Assembly: GCF_037042905.1 (NCBI RefSeq)
Contig: NC_087245.1
Coordinates: 7,442,001-7,506,000 of the forward strand
Direction: 5' to 3'
DNA length: 64,000 bases
DNA from: Lytechinus pictus
Lineage: Eukaryota
Part shown: positions 38,701-53,700 of the stretch, piece by piece
How positions within the stretch are numbered: the first letter of the stretch is position 1
How the letters are laid out: the number at the start of each line of letters is the position of its first letter
The notes under the pieces: model-generated
The model's database searches: none
Told to the model about the DNA's origin: nothing
The model's input: the letters and a program-made list of their open reading frames with translations, nothing else
Translations under genes and position numbers: made by a program

Positions 38701-41700
38701 TTCTGTATTTGAGAACAATTCTTTAAATGTTTGAAAGGCAAAATGGCAAACTTAATGTTTACTAGAAAATGTCCTTGTCAAGCCTGCTTCTTAAAACTCT
38801 CAATATTCAATAAAAGGAGAAACGTATACTGTAGCATCCTGACTTTCTTCTGTAGTTTTTATGTCAGGTCTTTTTATTTTGACACCTTCGTGTTAATGGA
38901 GATATTACAGCTTGAAGTAGCAGTCTCCTTGTTGTTTATGGCTATTAGTACAATATGCTTATGCTGTATAGTTGACCAGTGCAAAGCTTCTGGACAAATA
39001 AGCTTTGGAGTAGTGTTTGCAAGATTTATGTTTTCAATGTACTGTATGCCTATGTAATGCCTGCACATTTTTTCCATATGAAAAATAATGAACCAAAGGT
39101 TTACTTGCTCATTTTTATTCATTCTTCCAATATGTACACCCATGCACTCCATGGATTTTTTTAATAAGATGTTATTTTAAGCATTGTTTTACTGATAAAG
39201 TTTAATGTACCCAAACCTCCAATCATGCATGGATTTAATACTGAGGCTTAAAAAAAAACTGATTAAATACCCAACTGAGATCAATAAATGCTGTTGATAG
39301 CTTTTATAAGGAAATGGAATAGCAGACATTTGCAGTAAGAATATCATACATAGCCTGTTCATTGGTGCTGATCGGGGGGGGGGGGGGGGGTGAGGGAGTG
39401 GGCTTTTGCCGTTTGAAATTAGCCCCTCTTTTGCTGGTCAAAATTGTCCAGGGGAACACTTTCGATGAGTAATGTTTATACCTTTTTTTTGTCGATAATA
39501 ATTGTTGTTTTTAAAGTGCATCTCCTGGTGAATCCTGGATCTGCCCCTTTATGTTGATACATCCTGCAAACTTCTTGCAATTTTTGTGTTGTAAAAAAAC
39601 ATCTCATACAAATATGCTGGAAATGTAAATTATGTGAGTAAATGGATATTTCACTGTGTTACTGTTATTTGTTCTGTGATTGAATTGTAATGTGAATTTA
39701 ATGTCAGAGAATGTTCAATTGCTTAGGGATCTTTTGAGTTTCCTAATGACCAGAAGCCTTCCATATTATACCATGAGATGAGCAGAGATAACAAGCATTG
39801 AAATGGTGCCATATCACATTAACAAAAAGTGTAAGAATCCATCTGAGGCAAACATGCCATTTTTAAGGTTTCCCTCCCCCCCCCCCTTTGAAAGAGGTTT
39901 AACACAACACATTTTTCTCAGAGCCTTTTCACTGAAAGCTTCAGTGAGATTCTGTTGTTCTCTTTAGTAATAGGAGGAAGTGGTTTTTTTTTTCATAAAT
40001 GGAATGATGAAAAATTATGTTAAAGAAAGGTTATGTATCTTTGGAAATTTATATTTAGTGATAATCTTTCATTTATAACTTATTATTCAATGATTGGTTT
40101 AGTTATTCATAGATTGGTTCATTTGGGGTTTTTTAATCAACTTCAATAGAAGGATTTTTCAGACACTTGGAAAAGTTTGAATTGACATATGATCAAGGAG
40201 AGCACATGAAAAGAGTACACGACCATGTGTATTTTCTAGGCCTAAATCAAATATAGGCTTATGTTATCACATTTTTTAAACCACATAAATCTTGATGCAC
40301 ATATACCATACACGTAGTTGACATGAATTTGATTATAGTCTTGTAGCTAAATTACCCCCAATACACTGTAAATATCTTTATTTTTTAGAGACAGATAATA
40401 CAATAGATACTGTAACCTGTCTAATAATGTTTGATACTTTGACTGGTTCCTTGACTGTCACTCTGTTTTCTATCCTGAGAGAAAACTACCATACATACTC
40501 TTGACAGTACCTAGATGAAACCCTATATTACATGTACCTCATATAAAAGAATAGCCCTATTCACAAGAAGTGCCTGGTTGTCTCAAAGCCCAGTTGAGGT
40601 AGGTCCGCTATTGTCAAGGTGTGCTCACTCAGTAGATAGGACTTCGTTCATTGATGTTCCTCTTACCATGAAGCAGATCACAGATGATTTGGAGAGGGGT
40701 TTGCTGGTATTAATCACCCATAAAGGGCAGGACTGGATTAAGAAGTTCATTTTGATGATGGCTGCTGGGTAATGCCATTATTTAGATTCTATAGATTGTT
40801 GTGTGGACAAGGAATTATCCTGGACAAATCCCCTTGATATGGAGTCATGTAGGACTCGCTGAGCTCATCTTTTGATGCCTGGATCTGTTCTTTGAAAACA
40901 ACACTTTCCTCTCTTTAATAGTGAACACATTTTGCAGGTTTATTTTGTGGCTCTGAGAATATTAACCTACTCATAAAAGTTATTAACCTGTGAAGCCTGG
41001 ATGAGGACTGACAAGTACATATTTATTGTGTTAGAAATTGGTTTGTTTATGTAGATTTGCATCTGTGGTATTAAAGGTAAATGCTAGTTTTGGAAACGAT
41101 ATCAAAATGAGTTCGTACAGAATCCAATGAAATGACCACCAAAGTGTCTGTTTGTATAAATAAAACGCATGTGCCAAAGGATTCTGGAAGAAATTGTGTA
41201 ATTGCTGAGAAATCAGCAAATAAGCACAGGATTCGGGTAGAGCGTCGGGCCCGACGCTCAAAGCAATAATTATACACTGTCCCACGTGCGCTTATCTGTG
41301 TTGGGGAAGTTCAGTCTGAACATTTTTCAGCGTAGATTTCAAGATTTCACAAAGTTCAGTTTATGTAACTGTACCAGATCTAGATCCTCGATGATATACT
41401 GACAATTAAGCCTGGTTTTACAGACTTTCTAATGAAATCAGAGTTTACTGCAACTACCGGAATTTCTCTTTAAACTGAGAAAGGGTATATTGTTTTTTAA
41501 GTGAATTCTACTGGGAATATTACCAAAATGTTAAGTGTGCTGTAGTCCAGAAGCTTTAATATACATGTATGATACTATTAAATTCCTTTATAAGCTGTTG
41601 TTTCATGATGTAAAATGCTGATATAATTTTAGAAAGCACATTAATACTTCTGTTAGAGAAAGGGATTAGGCCTAAAATTTATGTTTTATCAAACATGCAC

Positions 41701-44700
41701 AAAATAACTTCAAATTTTAAAAATCACATTCAAAGGACAATTTTATTGTTCAATTTTTTTCTCAAAAAACTGCAAATTTTCCTGTTTGTTTTTTCTTGAA
41801 TTTTACATTTGAATGGATGAAATGTCTAACATTATTTAGTCCTCAATATCAAGGACTTTTAATACATGGTACAAGATCACTTGAAATTTCCTTTGAAAAT
41901 TAAATGGTGGTACATATGTAGTGGATTTACATCATGGCATAGTTTGGGTTGGAATCTCTTTAAAAGAAATCAAAATATATTCTTCTTTCATTTAAGATTT
42001 GATATCATAGTACCACCTGCATGTACACGTGTACTGTAATAGATGAGAAAGAAACACACTGGGACATTTTGGCATCTAAATTTATATTTGGAATATGACC
42101 TACATACATACATGTACATAATACATGTATATTCCAGGAAATGTTTTTGACATGTGACACTGCAGGCGTAAGATTTGTCTCATCATTGCCTCAATTTTGT
42201 TTGTCAAATTCACCTTTATGCAAGTGTGTAAAACCATAAACAATGAGATAAATACCTGGAGGGAAACTCTGTATAGAGTAGAATACAGTGAGTCTATTTG
42301 AAAGAACTTCCATTGATTGTCAATTTTGCCTTTCATCACAAGATAAAATCAATCGCTTCTCTTCTCATCATTCTTTGGAGCTATAGATCAATATCTCTTT
42401 TTTTAGGGAAGAATTTGTTCATTCAAACCACAATCAAGGTTCTTTCAATAGCCCAAAGCTTTCTCTAAATTATGAGTTCACCGTATTCACCCATTTAGAT
42501 TGATAAAGTCTTTTTAACTGTTTTCAAATTAATACGTAAATAAGATGACTTTCATTTGATTAGTTAAAATTAAGCTGAGAAATATAGAATATATATACAC
42601 AAAGATGACATATTTCACATAATTTTTAATTAAAATAACAATGAAAAGCTAATGGGCCTAGATGAATAGGATTTGGGACAGTAAAGGGTTAATTCAATGA
42701 GAACTACATGTACATGTACGCTGTGCATTAAACAGAGCAATTGATAGGAAGATCACATTGCTTTCAAAATGCAAAAATGAATAAATGAGGGTGAAATAAA
42801 GGATGAGATTTCAGTATCTTGGGAAGTGGACCTTCTCTTTATAGTTAATTTTCTTGATAGTTATATAGTCACTAAGATCATGGCAACTTTGTTTGATTCT
42901 GATTGGTTGAGGGTTTTGATACGCTTTTCAAATTTTATTCAGACTTATGTCAAAGAAATAAGAAATTTTTTCAAAAGATTGACCATTGCAATATCTTGTG
43001 GTTTGATGAGGATAGTATGCTCAGTTGCTCACACATGTTAGCCTTTTTTTTTTTAAACATGTCACCAAAAGCAAGTTAGTTATTTCAAAAACATGCAAGT
43101 TGTATTCTTAATTAATTATAGTTGTTAGGTGAATAAAAGTGAACTGAAATTTGCAACTATTGAAGTGAATTGTAGGGATTTTTATATATTTAATGTCATT
43201 ACACAAAATATTGTCAAATATACCCTTTCCTCTGCCAAAATTTACTTCCAAAAGTTGTGCATTATGCTTCAAAGGGAATTTTGTTTTCTTGTGACAATCT
43301 GTTCCCAACTTCCCATATTGATTTTTCCTGCACCTCCTGGGAATAGCCTCAAAATATCAATGAATGAATGGCAGCTAGAACCCATATCTATTGACCCAAT
43401 GCTGACTTGCTACTCACCTATTGGTCATTAGGTTTCGACATATTTGACCAAATAGCAACCTTAGTAGTACATCAGGCTTCTCAGTTTAGACCTATTTAGT
43501 GGGTACTTGATAATCTTGTAGGCAAATAACATTTACAAGACTGCCAATATGCTGTATTAAGAGAATGCACAAACAGAGATGAGATGAAAAGAAAGAGAAC
43601 AAATATGTTGTACAAGTAGTTCTATTTCATCTCTGGAGGTTTTTGTGCACGTTCCTGTAATTACACTCGGTACAAATGTGAAATATTTGCTATGAATATC
43701 AGTAGGTATTTCCACTGCAGAATTAAGTTAAGGACTGATGATCTCAGCTGCAATATAAAGTTGAAAAAACACACAGAAAGCCATAGAAATGTAGAATCAT
43801 GTCAGTGAGTTATTGTGGAAGTGAAATTGAGTTAGGAAATGATGCACTTTTCGACACCCTTGTTCATTTACATGGAAAGAAAAGCACTGGGTTTATTTAT
43901 TCTAATAAACTTTCTGTTTTTATTTTTTTTAAACCCCTAACATGTTGGAATGTCATTTCCAAATTGAAACTCTCGGAAACTTAAAGTCTATGTATTTCAT
44001 ACGCATCATTTGTATTATAAAGATCAATGATTTTGCTAAATCTTTTTTAAAGTACAGTAAATACTACTGTTTCATCCAAAATGCCATTCACATTGGTTAT
44101 TAGTTAATAGTTCATGTATTCATATTTCATGAACACAAGTGATCATTAAACATAGAAGCTATCTGTTACAAATCTGATATGTGCTTCTTTATTTGAACTA
44201 GAGCAAACAGGTGTACTCAAAGTTCAACTGTAACAAATCTATATCTTCCAGACAATCTAATTCTTTCTTTTTTTCATTCTGTCTCAAGTTTGGAATTGGA
44301 AATCTGATCAATGTGTTCTGCAGAGCAGACATTGAACCATCGATCTCAGTAGGATCTGATAACAGATAATTTTACATTCATGACCACTTGGGAGCCTGCC
44401 TTTTGTATCAAGGAATTTATAGTCAGCCACAAGGAACTGCCATGTAACACCATGTCATTGTGGAAGCACAGTTAATCAATAATGACATTGGTTTTTATTG
44501 TTGATTCCTGTTGGATGGATGTGTCTTGGCCTGTAATGAAGAACATCTATGTATGTTGTACGACCGGGTCAGATGTGCATCAGCGATTGGTTTGGAAACT
44601 ACTCAAGTGCTTGACTTGATACTGATATTTTCGTCATAGTTTGTTCACTTCTCTCAAATAATTCAGTTCTAAAAAGGGTCTGTATTCACATTCTCACCTT

Positions 44701-47700
44701 CAATAGAATACAATTGCTCCAGCAGGTACGAGACCTTTGCTTCCATCCATTGATGAATATGCATTTACGGTAGAAGAGGTGTCCTGTGTTCTCCCAAGGT
44801 ACACTCTACTGGGGTAAGATAACCCACACCAAGTCAAATCAAGGACAATCAGCATATTGTGGAATTCAGGAAATTGTCAGTTATAAAGATAGAGAAGTAC
44901 ACGCACATGTAGCTGTCATTTGCGTAAAATTTCATGATGGAATTAAGCCAAGAACTTAACACCTCTCTACAATATCCTGTTCATGAAGTTTTGAATGACA
45001 ATGTTGCTAACAAACATTAGTCAAGAGACCAATACCAACATCATGTTTAGAACTCAGAATCCTTTGAGCATTGTCCTACAGTCATGACAATGAAATCATC
45101 TTCAGAGTCTCCTTACACCCGCAATGGCACTGTCTCACCATCTCGATTCCCATACTACCGCTTCCTCCCTCCACTTAAATCTCCACCCCCTCTGTCAGCT
45201 CCACCCTCCAAGCCCCCATTCCGTGAGGATTACTATGGTGAGCATACTTACACAGCTTATGATACCCATAGGTTCTGGGTCCATGGCCCTCACTGGCCTA
45301 TCTATTTCCTAGGTGAGCTTCTACCCACTCCTGAACACATCTTCACTGTTCCAAAGGAACCTGAGCCTCTATGGCAGTATGGTAAGTATCCAATCAACGC
45401 AACATGACAATTGCTGTATCAACTATCAGTTTTGTCCTACATCATTGGTCTATTTTTTTTAATTTGATTCGTATTGTTCTTGTTCTGTTTTGTTTTGTCT
45501 ATTACTGTTTTTTTAAATAAATTTTTGTCCTGGTCAGTTTTTCCCCATTTTGTGTTTGTTTTGTTTTGTTTTGTCCTGTCCTGTTATGTACTGTCCTATT
45601 TTGATCTCTTTTGTGTTGTTCTGTTCTGCTTTGTTTTTGTTTTTTGTTTTTTTGTTTTTTGCTTTGTTTTCTTTGGTTTTGTTTGTCCTTGGTTTGATTT
45701 TATTAGGTATTGGTACATGCATGCAACTTTATCCACTAATTCAGTATTCTTCACTGTGATCAATTTTGCTTTGTTTTTATTTTGAATATCAGTACAAGTA
45801 CTTATAATTCATTTCATTGAATAATTGTAATATATGAGGTTGACATGGTGATTATGAAAATTTCAGTATCACTGTAAGATTTAATGCACTTTCAATGTAT
45901 AATTATTGTGTAATTTCATTTGAATTTTCTTTAAAAATCTATTTTGGATTTATTCATTAAATAGGAAATATTGAAGAAGTGTGCTAATATCCTTTTCTTT
46001 CAATTTTATGGATTTTATATTGTCCTTTTTGTTTTCTCCAGTTCCTCAGGATGGAAGGACTATTCATACCCAGAAGACTAAATGGTATAGGCCATGGGAA
46101 GGCACTCAGAATGTCTTTGACTCTGAAAGGACATCCAAAGGGACCATTCCACACACCATACCAGAGGGGTGCTGTCCAAGCTTAGTTTTTGAATCACGGT
46201 TTGAAAGTGGCAATCTCAGACAAGCCAGAAGAATGTAAGTTAGGAATACACCTTTTTTATTCTTCTCCTTTGCCAGGATTTTCCTATGATTTTTGGTGGA
46301 CAAAAAATTATATAAAAACTACATGTAATAGCATCAGCATTATTTTTTTTCTCTCTTTTTTTACCCATCTTTCTTGTTGCCATTAATCGTATTATTTTAT
46401 TTTATGCTAAATTTCCGATTGGTACAGTGTATCACATCTTCATGTACTGGTACAACCTCATTTTGGCGTTTGTTTTTTTCTTGTTGCAGTGGTCAGTTTG
46501 AGTATGACCTTGTTCTGAAGACTGACCTTTACACTAGCCGTCACACTCAGTGGTATTACTTCCGGGTTCAAAAGATGCGTCCAGGGGTCACTTACAAGTT
46601 CAACATCATCAATCTACTCAAGAAAGACAGCCTTTATAATCATGGTCAGTTTGAAAACACTATTGTCTAAACCTTTTTTGGAGGGGGGTGGGGTAATTTA
46701 CAGTTTATTACTGTACTAATCATGAGATTTGTTTATTACTTGCAGAAAATTAAGTGGTATTTCTTTCAGGTGCTTCGAATTGTCTCTTTTTTTTCCCTCA
46801 TGAGCAGCACTTTTTTCCAAGAAAATTTCTCCCTTTCATATGATTTCTTACAAAGTAGCGTGTACCCAGATCTAGCTTTTCTTTCTCTTTATTAAATAAG
46901 GCATGATTCCCTATAAACTGATGTTTTTTACAATATTTTTATTTCTAATTTCTCTATTCCAAAATTTTCCATTTATGTATATGGTAATTGCTAAACTTGA
47001 AAGTTAACTCAAACAATTACTATTACTCATGAATGCTGAATAAGATTTCTTTATAATGTTGAGTGTTTGCATGTATATAGATGTATAGATTGTAGTGTCC
47101 CTAAAGTTCCAGTTCCAATTTTTTTTTACTTTGCCAAAGCTTAAAAAAAAAAATCATTAAATCATTTGGAACCCTCCTAGCCCGATATCCTTTCTTTTGA
47201 CACCACCATACAGGTATGAGACCATTGATATATTCAGAGAAGGAAGCAGAGGCTAGTGGTCAAGGCTGGGTCAGGGCTGGTCATCATATCTCTTATTCTA
47301 GGAGTTACGGCTTCAACAAAAATGGACTTCTGCACCCTGAAATTACATATTACGTTCTGGAATGGCAAATGGTAAGGAAGTGTATATTGTTGTATTTGTG
47401 TTGTCTTGTTCTTCAGATGATATTAGATAGAGATGAAGGGTTTACTTTAATGTAGATCATGGAACTTGTTGTAAAGTGCAATCCATGTAAGTGAGGGGTC
47501 CAGACCTAAAAGAATTAATCCTGTATTATATTTATTTTTTTCCAGTTTAGTATTTTAATTATATTTGTTTTCTTGATGATTATTATTGGCTTTTGAAAGC
47601 AGATGTCCACTATTGATTAGATTTTTAAATCCACTCTTTTTATGCAATCATTTCATTTCCTTTTTTGCAGGGGGGGGGGGCATTTTTTCACGAAACAGTC

Positions 47701-50700
47701 ATTCTTTGAAGTACCATCAGATTGCCTATGATAAACATACAACATATTTTGAAAGATGCTGTACTACATATAAAAGAAATATATTCAATGTTTTGTTCCA
47801 TCACAGGAGTTCAAGCATGAAGATGACACCTGTTACCTTGCTCATTGCTATCCGTTCACCTTCACTGATCTGTGTCAGCATTTAGATGATCTGATGGCTC
47901 AGCCAGAGAGACGCAAGACAATGAGAAGAGATGTTCTCTGTGAAAGCAGGGCTGGAAACAGTTGCTTCCTTCTCACTGTATCAAACTTCAGTGGTGAGGT
48001 TTACTTTTTATCATTTATGTTTAACCTATGTCAACATCTTTTATTGTTCAAGATTATTGCATCGATGTACAGGATCTAACGATTGGTACATGTAGTTTAT
48101 TTCTTGTAATGTTATATTGGAAAACTTAAGATTTCTTGTCCATGATGCGTGTCTGATTTAGGGAAACAAGTCTTACTGAGCATGAATAATGAGGAGAGTG
48201 CAGTCTTAAGGGATAGAAAACTCCTTGTCACGAGCTATCTTTATGAAATATAATGCTCCATATTGCTGTTTTGTATTGCTTATCCAATATTTTTTTACAA
48301 AGTAACATTTACAAGGATTTCTATAATATTTGCTCTTTTCAAAAATTGCATTGTACAGCAGCAAAAGAAAAATCTGTACATTGACTCTAAAACCCTTATT
48401 CGCATATTATTCTCATCACAACCCCCTTTTACACTCTTGTATGCTTTGTTTAGAACACCGTCCTAAGAAGGGTATTGTTGTAACAGCTAGGGTACATCCT
48501 GGTGAAACCAATGCTAGCTGGATGATGAGAGGACTTCTAGACTTCATCACTAGCTCAGATCCTGTTGCCAAGGTAATGTCTTACTTTGTCAGTTTACGTG
48601 TTCACGTTTCTTACCTCTCTTCCTTGTTTTATTTTCTTATTCAGAAAATAATCTTTCCTGTACTTCTGTTTATTTCACTTTTTATTCTTTGTCTTCTTGA
48701 TTTGATTTGTTACATGTCATGTTCCTAAGTTTTTAATAATATATTTTACATTGAATTCATGGTTATCCATTCGAAGTATCAATTGACAAGGGACATTCAG
48801 GGTGTCTATCCAAAATTTAGGGAACCAGGGCTATCAGGTGTTAAGTATGACAGAAGTATCCTGCTTTGTGTTAAAAGCTGTACTTTTGTATACCATGGTA
48901 AATTTTTATTCTAATTTTTGTGGGGTCATATATGAGTAGCTGAAGTGATTTCATGATAGGAATTAGAAAATATTCTTTACTAAATTTCTTTTTTTTCTTC
49001 AGTAGGATGAATATTTACCAATGTTATCATTTGACCTTGCATTGTCGGCCATATCTCTGTTCTCATGTTCCACCAACTTTTGTAATTGCTCAATGAGATT
49101 CAAGATTCAAAGTATTATCTGTAAAAAACTGTTATTTGGCCAGAGGACACTAGCGACTTGCCTTTTCAACTTAAGATGCAATTATACCATACATGTTAAC
49201 TGGTATGATCACTACAGGAGCTGAGAAAGTGTTACATCTTTAAGATCATCCCTATGCTGAATCCTGATGGTGTAATTGTTGGTAATTATCGATGCTCTCT
49301 GGCTGGTCGTGATCTCAATCGTAACTATCGTCATCCTAAGAAGGAATCATTCCCCACTGTATGGAATACAAAGCAAATGCTGGCAGATTTTGCTGAGGAA
49401 TGTGAGGTAGGATGGACTCTAATATGCTTGAAATTTCCTTTTTCTTTAGACTGTGAATAAATGGATTTGAAAAGCTCTTGTATAAGGACATGTGATTTTT
49501 ATTGATGAATTAAGTATGTAAGGCAATATTTCAACAATGTTTTTCATCACCTTTAGGACCAGTAAATTTTCATGATTTTTTTTAAACAGATAGAATCAAT
49601 AAATTGGTGTTAAAAACATTTAATAAATTGCTTCTTTTGGCGGTGGGTGGTCATTTTTTAAGTGTTAACTGACTTTTTTTATCATCTTATTCTCTTTTTT
49701 GTTGCTATCTCACCCCAGATCTGAGTGTGATGTGCCTAAATTACAAATTCAGTATGTAATTTTACTTTTTGGAAAATTGTGGTCTATATGTTTACATCTC
49801 GTTTCAGTTTGTCACATACTCTTGTTTTGTTCTATTACAGGAGATTTTAGTGTACTGTGATATGCATGGACACAGCAGAAAACATAATGTCTTCATTTAT
49901 GGATGTGATCCAGATAAACAAGAGCTGGATATGGCTGCCTTCCTGTGTCAAAGGTTGTTTCCTTGGTTACTCTCTCAGAAGGTAAGAATATGTTGTTTAG
50001 CAGTCTTTGAGTTCTTTTTGGTTATATTGGAATGAGAATTGTGAAAAATAAATTGTACCAATGATAAAACTTTTATATATTCTCTATTCATTATGTTGGA
50101 ATTTTATAAGTAGAGAATATAATGTTTGATAATATTTTAGTTCACTTTTGGTGTTTGCACAAGGTTATCTGATTTAAAGCTATTTACAAAGATAAAATGA
50201 ACTTTTTTTATTCATACATTGTACTAATTGATAACATTCATAAATTTGATTTAAGAAGCTCGAGCTTGAGCTTATGCATTGATAGTTTCATTGCGTATCC
50301 TCTGGAAAATTTCTTTGTAAATCCAACTATCATTATTGTATTTCTATGGAATTCTCTTGATCAGGCACCAGACAAGTTTTCATTTCGTGGTTGCAAGTTC
50401 CGAGTAAAGCGTTGCAAGGAGGCAACAGGACGGGTTGTGATGTGGAGGCAAATGGGTATCAGCAACAGCTTCACGTTGGAAGCAACATTCTGTGGCAGCA
50501 AGGATATTACCAGGTAAATTTGAATGTGGCAGCGAAAAGTACTTTGCCCCTCTTTTGTTGAGGCATCAATGAATGTAATAGGTGCTATCCCCCGAAATTT
50601 TGCTTTTAGCTTGGCAAAAGAGGGTCTGAAATGCAAATGCGGTTGATTTCTTTTTATTATTAAAGTACATGTACATATACGAAGCACAATTTATTTTATC

Positions 50701-53700
50701 AAAACAATATAAAACAAAGAATTCATTAATATATGTATGTAATCCATTTTCTTCTAGATTTGACATGACAGTGATTCTGTGTGTAGTAGTCACTTTGTTC
50801 CATTTCTAATGCTCTTATATTGTATTTCAGGGCATCTCATTGATTTCAAACCCTCTGAAGATATTCCAACCGCTGTGTGTATAACATGGTATTATCACTT
50901 TGTTCTTACTATTCACCAGTCATGCTCCAAGACACTTCAATCTTCAAGATTTCCAGGATCTTGGACGTCATTTCTGTGAGGCACTTCTGGTCTACCACCA
51001 AGCTCAGGAGAACACTAGGTAAGCCTGGAAAATAAATCAGACAATCAAGAGTCTCATTATAACCTAATATCTTCAGCTGAAATTTAAGAATGTGTAAATG
51101 AGGACAGATACAATCACAAACAAAAATAGACAGGACAGCTGCAAAGATCATAGCATTTCTCATGAATGATTTTTTTTTCCTCTCTCATTAACAATTTAAT
51201 AGTGTATTATGTTTAAGAATGTATTATGTTTTGCTGAATTTCTATCTATTATATTTCCATTGTTGTTTACTTTTTTGAAGTGCCTTGAGCACCGAAGGTG
51301 GACCTGTGCACCAGATAACTAGCTGCTATTGTATTTATTACTCTACAAAAATAAATTGTGTTTGTGTAATTTAAATAACTAAAACATGGTTTCACTGCCT
51401 CCCAAAACAATCAACATACTTCATAAACATGTATTTTCATTTCCCAGTCTGCATTCTGAATTGATTCTTGAGTTGACGAAGGAGATCACCCATCATATTC
51501 TTCTCAGCCGTGGTTTACTGCCACCAAACATGCCTTTCCCTGATCTATCATCTCTCAAAGATGTCAAACAAGGTGGGTTCGACTGATGTAGCAATCTGCT
51601 TTTGTTCTCTTTCAGACATACACAACTCTATGATTTATACAGTGCTTCATATAATGAATGAGGGGCGAGAATAGATATACTTCAAGTGGACAATTTCATC
51701 ACATTATGTGTCTTGGTATTTCAGTTATAACATGTGGTGAAGCATTACATCTTGTTTTCTTTTCCTGGTATGCTAACATAGTGTCTATAATACTATGTTA
51801 GTTATATGTTCATGTATATTTATTTCTATGATATTGACTTGAGAAAAAGCATATTGGAGTACATCAGTATTTATCATTGAATCATCATTATGTAATAATA
51901 CCTCTCTCTTCTTTATCATCATCTATATGTTGCATTGTCATTGATCTTTTATATTTGTCATTCTAGGACAAAAATCCAAGAAGCATGGTGGGTCCAAGGC
52001 AGACCAGGATGGATCTGAATGGGCTGGGTTAGACAAGAGGACTAAGTCTAAGCTAGCTGCTCTGAAGGTAATAGACACCTTGAGTTCAGAGACCATACAA
52101 GGATGCTATGACCTTCTCGCTGACCTTCACATCAACAAGGAATTTGCAGAATCAGAGTAAGTCTTATGAAACTAGTAAAGTTATCATAGTAATAAACGCT
52201 GAATTTATCAATTGATTTTCCAGGGGAAAAAATGCACAATTATTTAATACTCCGGCTTTACGCATGTATGTATATAGTGCTATCTGTTTAGATGTAATCA
52301 CTTCCAAGGTACACTATCATTACCCCTGCTAGTAAACTATAATACACAGTACTAACTAGCTGCAACTTAAGAAACTTAACATGATACATGATGGATTATT
52401 GAAGAAAAAATATCACTTCATTTCAACCCCCCTTTTTTTTTGCTTTCAGATTTTTTGATTGCCCAATTTTATAAACCCATTGTGACTCAATGCTCACTGT
52501 ATTGTTGAAGGCAATCAATGCTAATATGTTTTATAAAACAGATTCTTGCTGTGATCATGTAAGAACAAACATAGCTTATTGAATCCAGTTTAAAAAAAAA
52601 AAAAAATAATAAAGAGCGAATGAGTAGTTGCACTGTTCTTCATAATTCCTCTATGAATTTTGTGATTTTTTTTTTAGCACAAGTGACAGTGACAGTGCAT
52701 CTGAATCTGAGCTTCCCAAAGGACAGAACGATGATGATGATGAAGATAAAGTGAGGAAAAAGAAGAGGAAGAAGAAGTTGAAAGGTAGATCAAAAAGTGA
52801 AGAGGTGAGCTGGGGGTACAGTGTATACATGTGACAGTAATGCTAATTAATAATGATTATAATGATAATAAATACACAGATTAACAATTGAATGAAATGA
52901 AAAATGTTTGAATGAAATAGATGATAAAGAGAAAATTATTTAGATGAATTTAATAAATTAATGGACATTTGCAATATCAACTGACATTTGTAAGATATTC
53001 AAACCTCTCAAGATTGAATACTCAAGTTGCAATTGTAAAATAGTAATAAAGAAAGCAATCTTTTACGTGCAACATTGAATTATATGTAGACTCTACTGAG
53101 CATGTTCTACCTGAGTATTTTCTTTAAAAATGTTTGAAGGAAAAGTGTTTGGACATTTCATAGCATAGCATGCATCATATTGCTCTGAATATATATATAT
53201 ATACAAATATTTACCAGATTATGTTTTTAAATATATGAATTTATTTTTGTACAGGGACCCGCACCAGATATGAATGCAGATGAGCAATCTAAGAAGAAGG
53301 TAAGGTTTACGATACCTTTCCTAGGTTTTATCTGTTTTATTTCTCCTGCTCATGATCTACTGACAGATATTTTCATGTTTGTTTAATTTCTTTAGTGTTT
53401 AATTCTAGAATTCTGAAATGTTTTACTTTGAAATATAGTTTCAGAAAACTGTAGAATTAGTTGTGACTAATTTACTGGAAAGAATAGTGAAGCAGTGATA
53501 GTGTCTTTCCCAGTCTAGTACTGTGTTCCATGTAGTTACTGTTAAATGTTTTAGTAGGATTTTAGTTTCTAAGTTTCTAATGTATATGTAAATGATGAAT
53601 TAACGAATATAAGAAGATCAGAATGAATCATTATAGATTTAGTTTAGGATAATTGCTTGTATGTCATTGTCACAGATATATGTTTTTCAGTTGCAAGAAT

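Noticed and set aside
44707..44813. Possible coding exon ([18 protein letters not shown]...) upstream of the duplicated exon
   Set aside because: Phase 0-2 does not join 29234 or 45082 in frame. It could still be a non-coding leader exon, but there is no support.
45474..45785. Hydrophobic F/V/C-rich ORFs
   Set aside because: Translation of a (TTTTG)n low-complexity tract.
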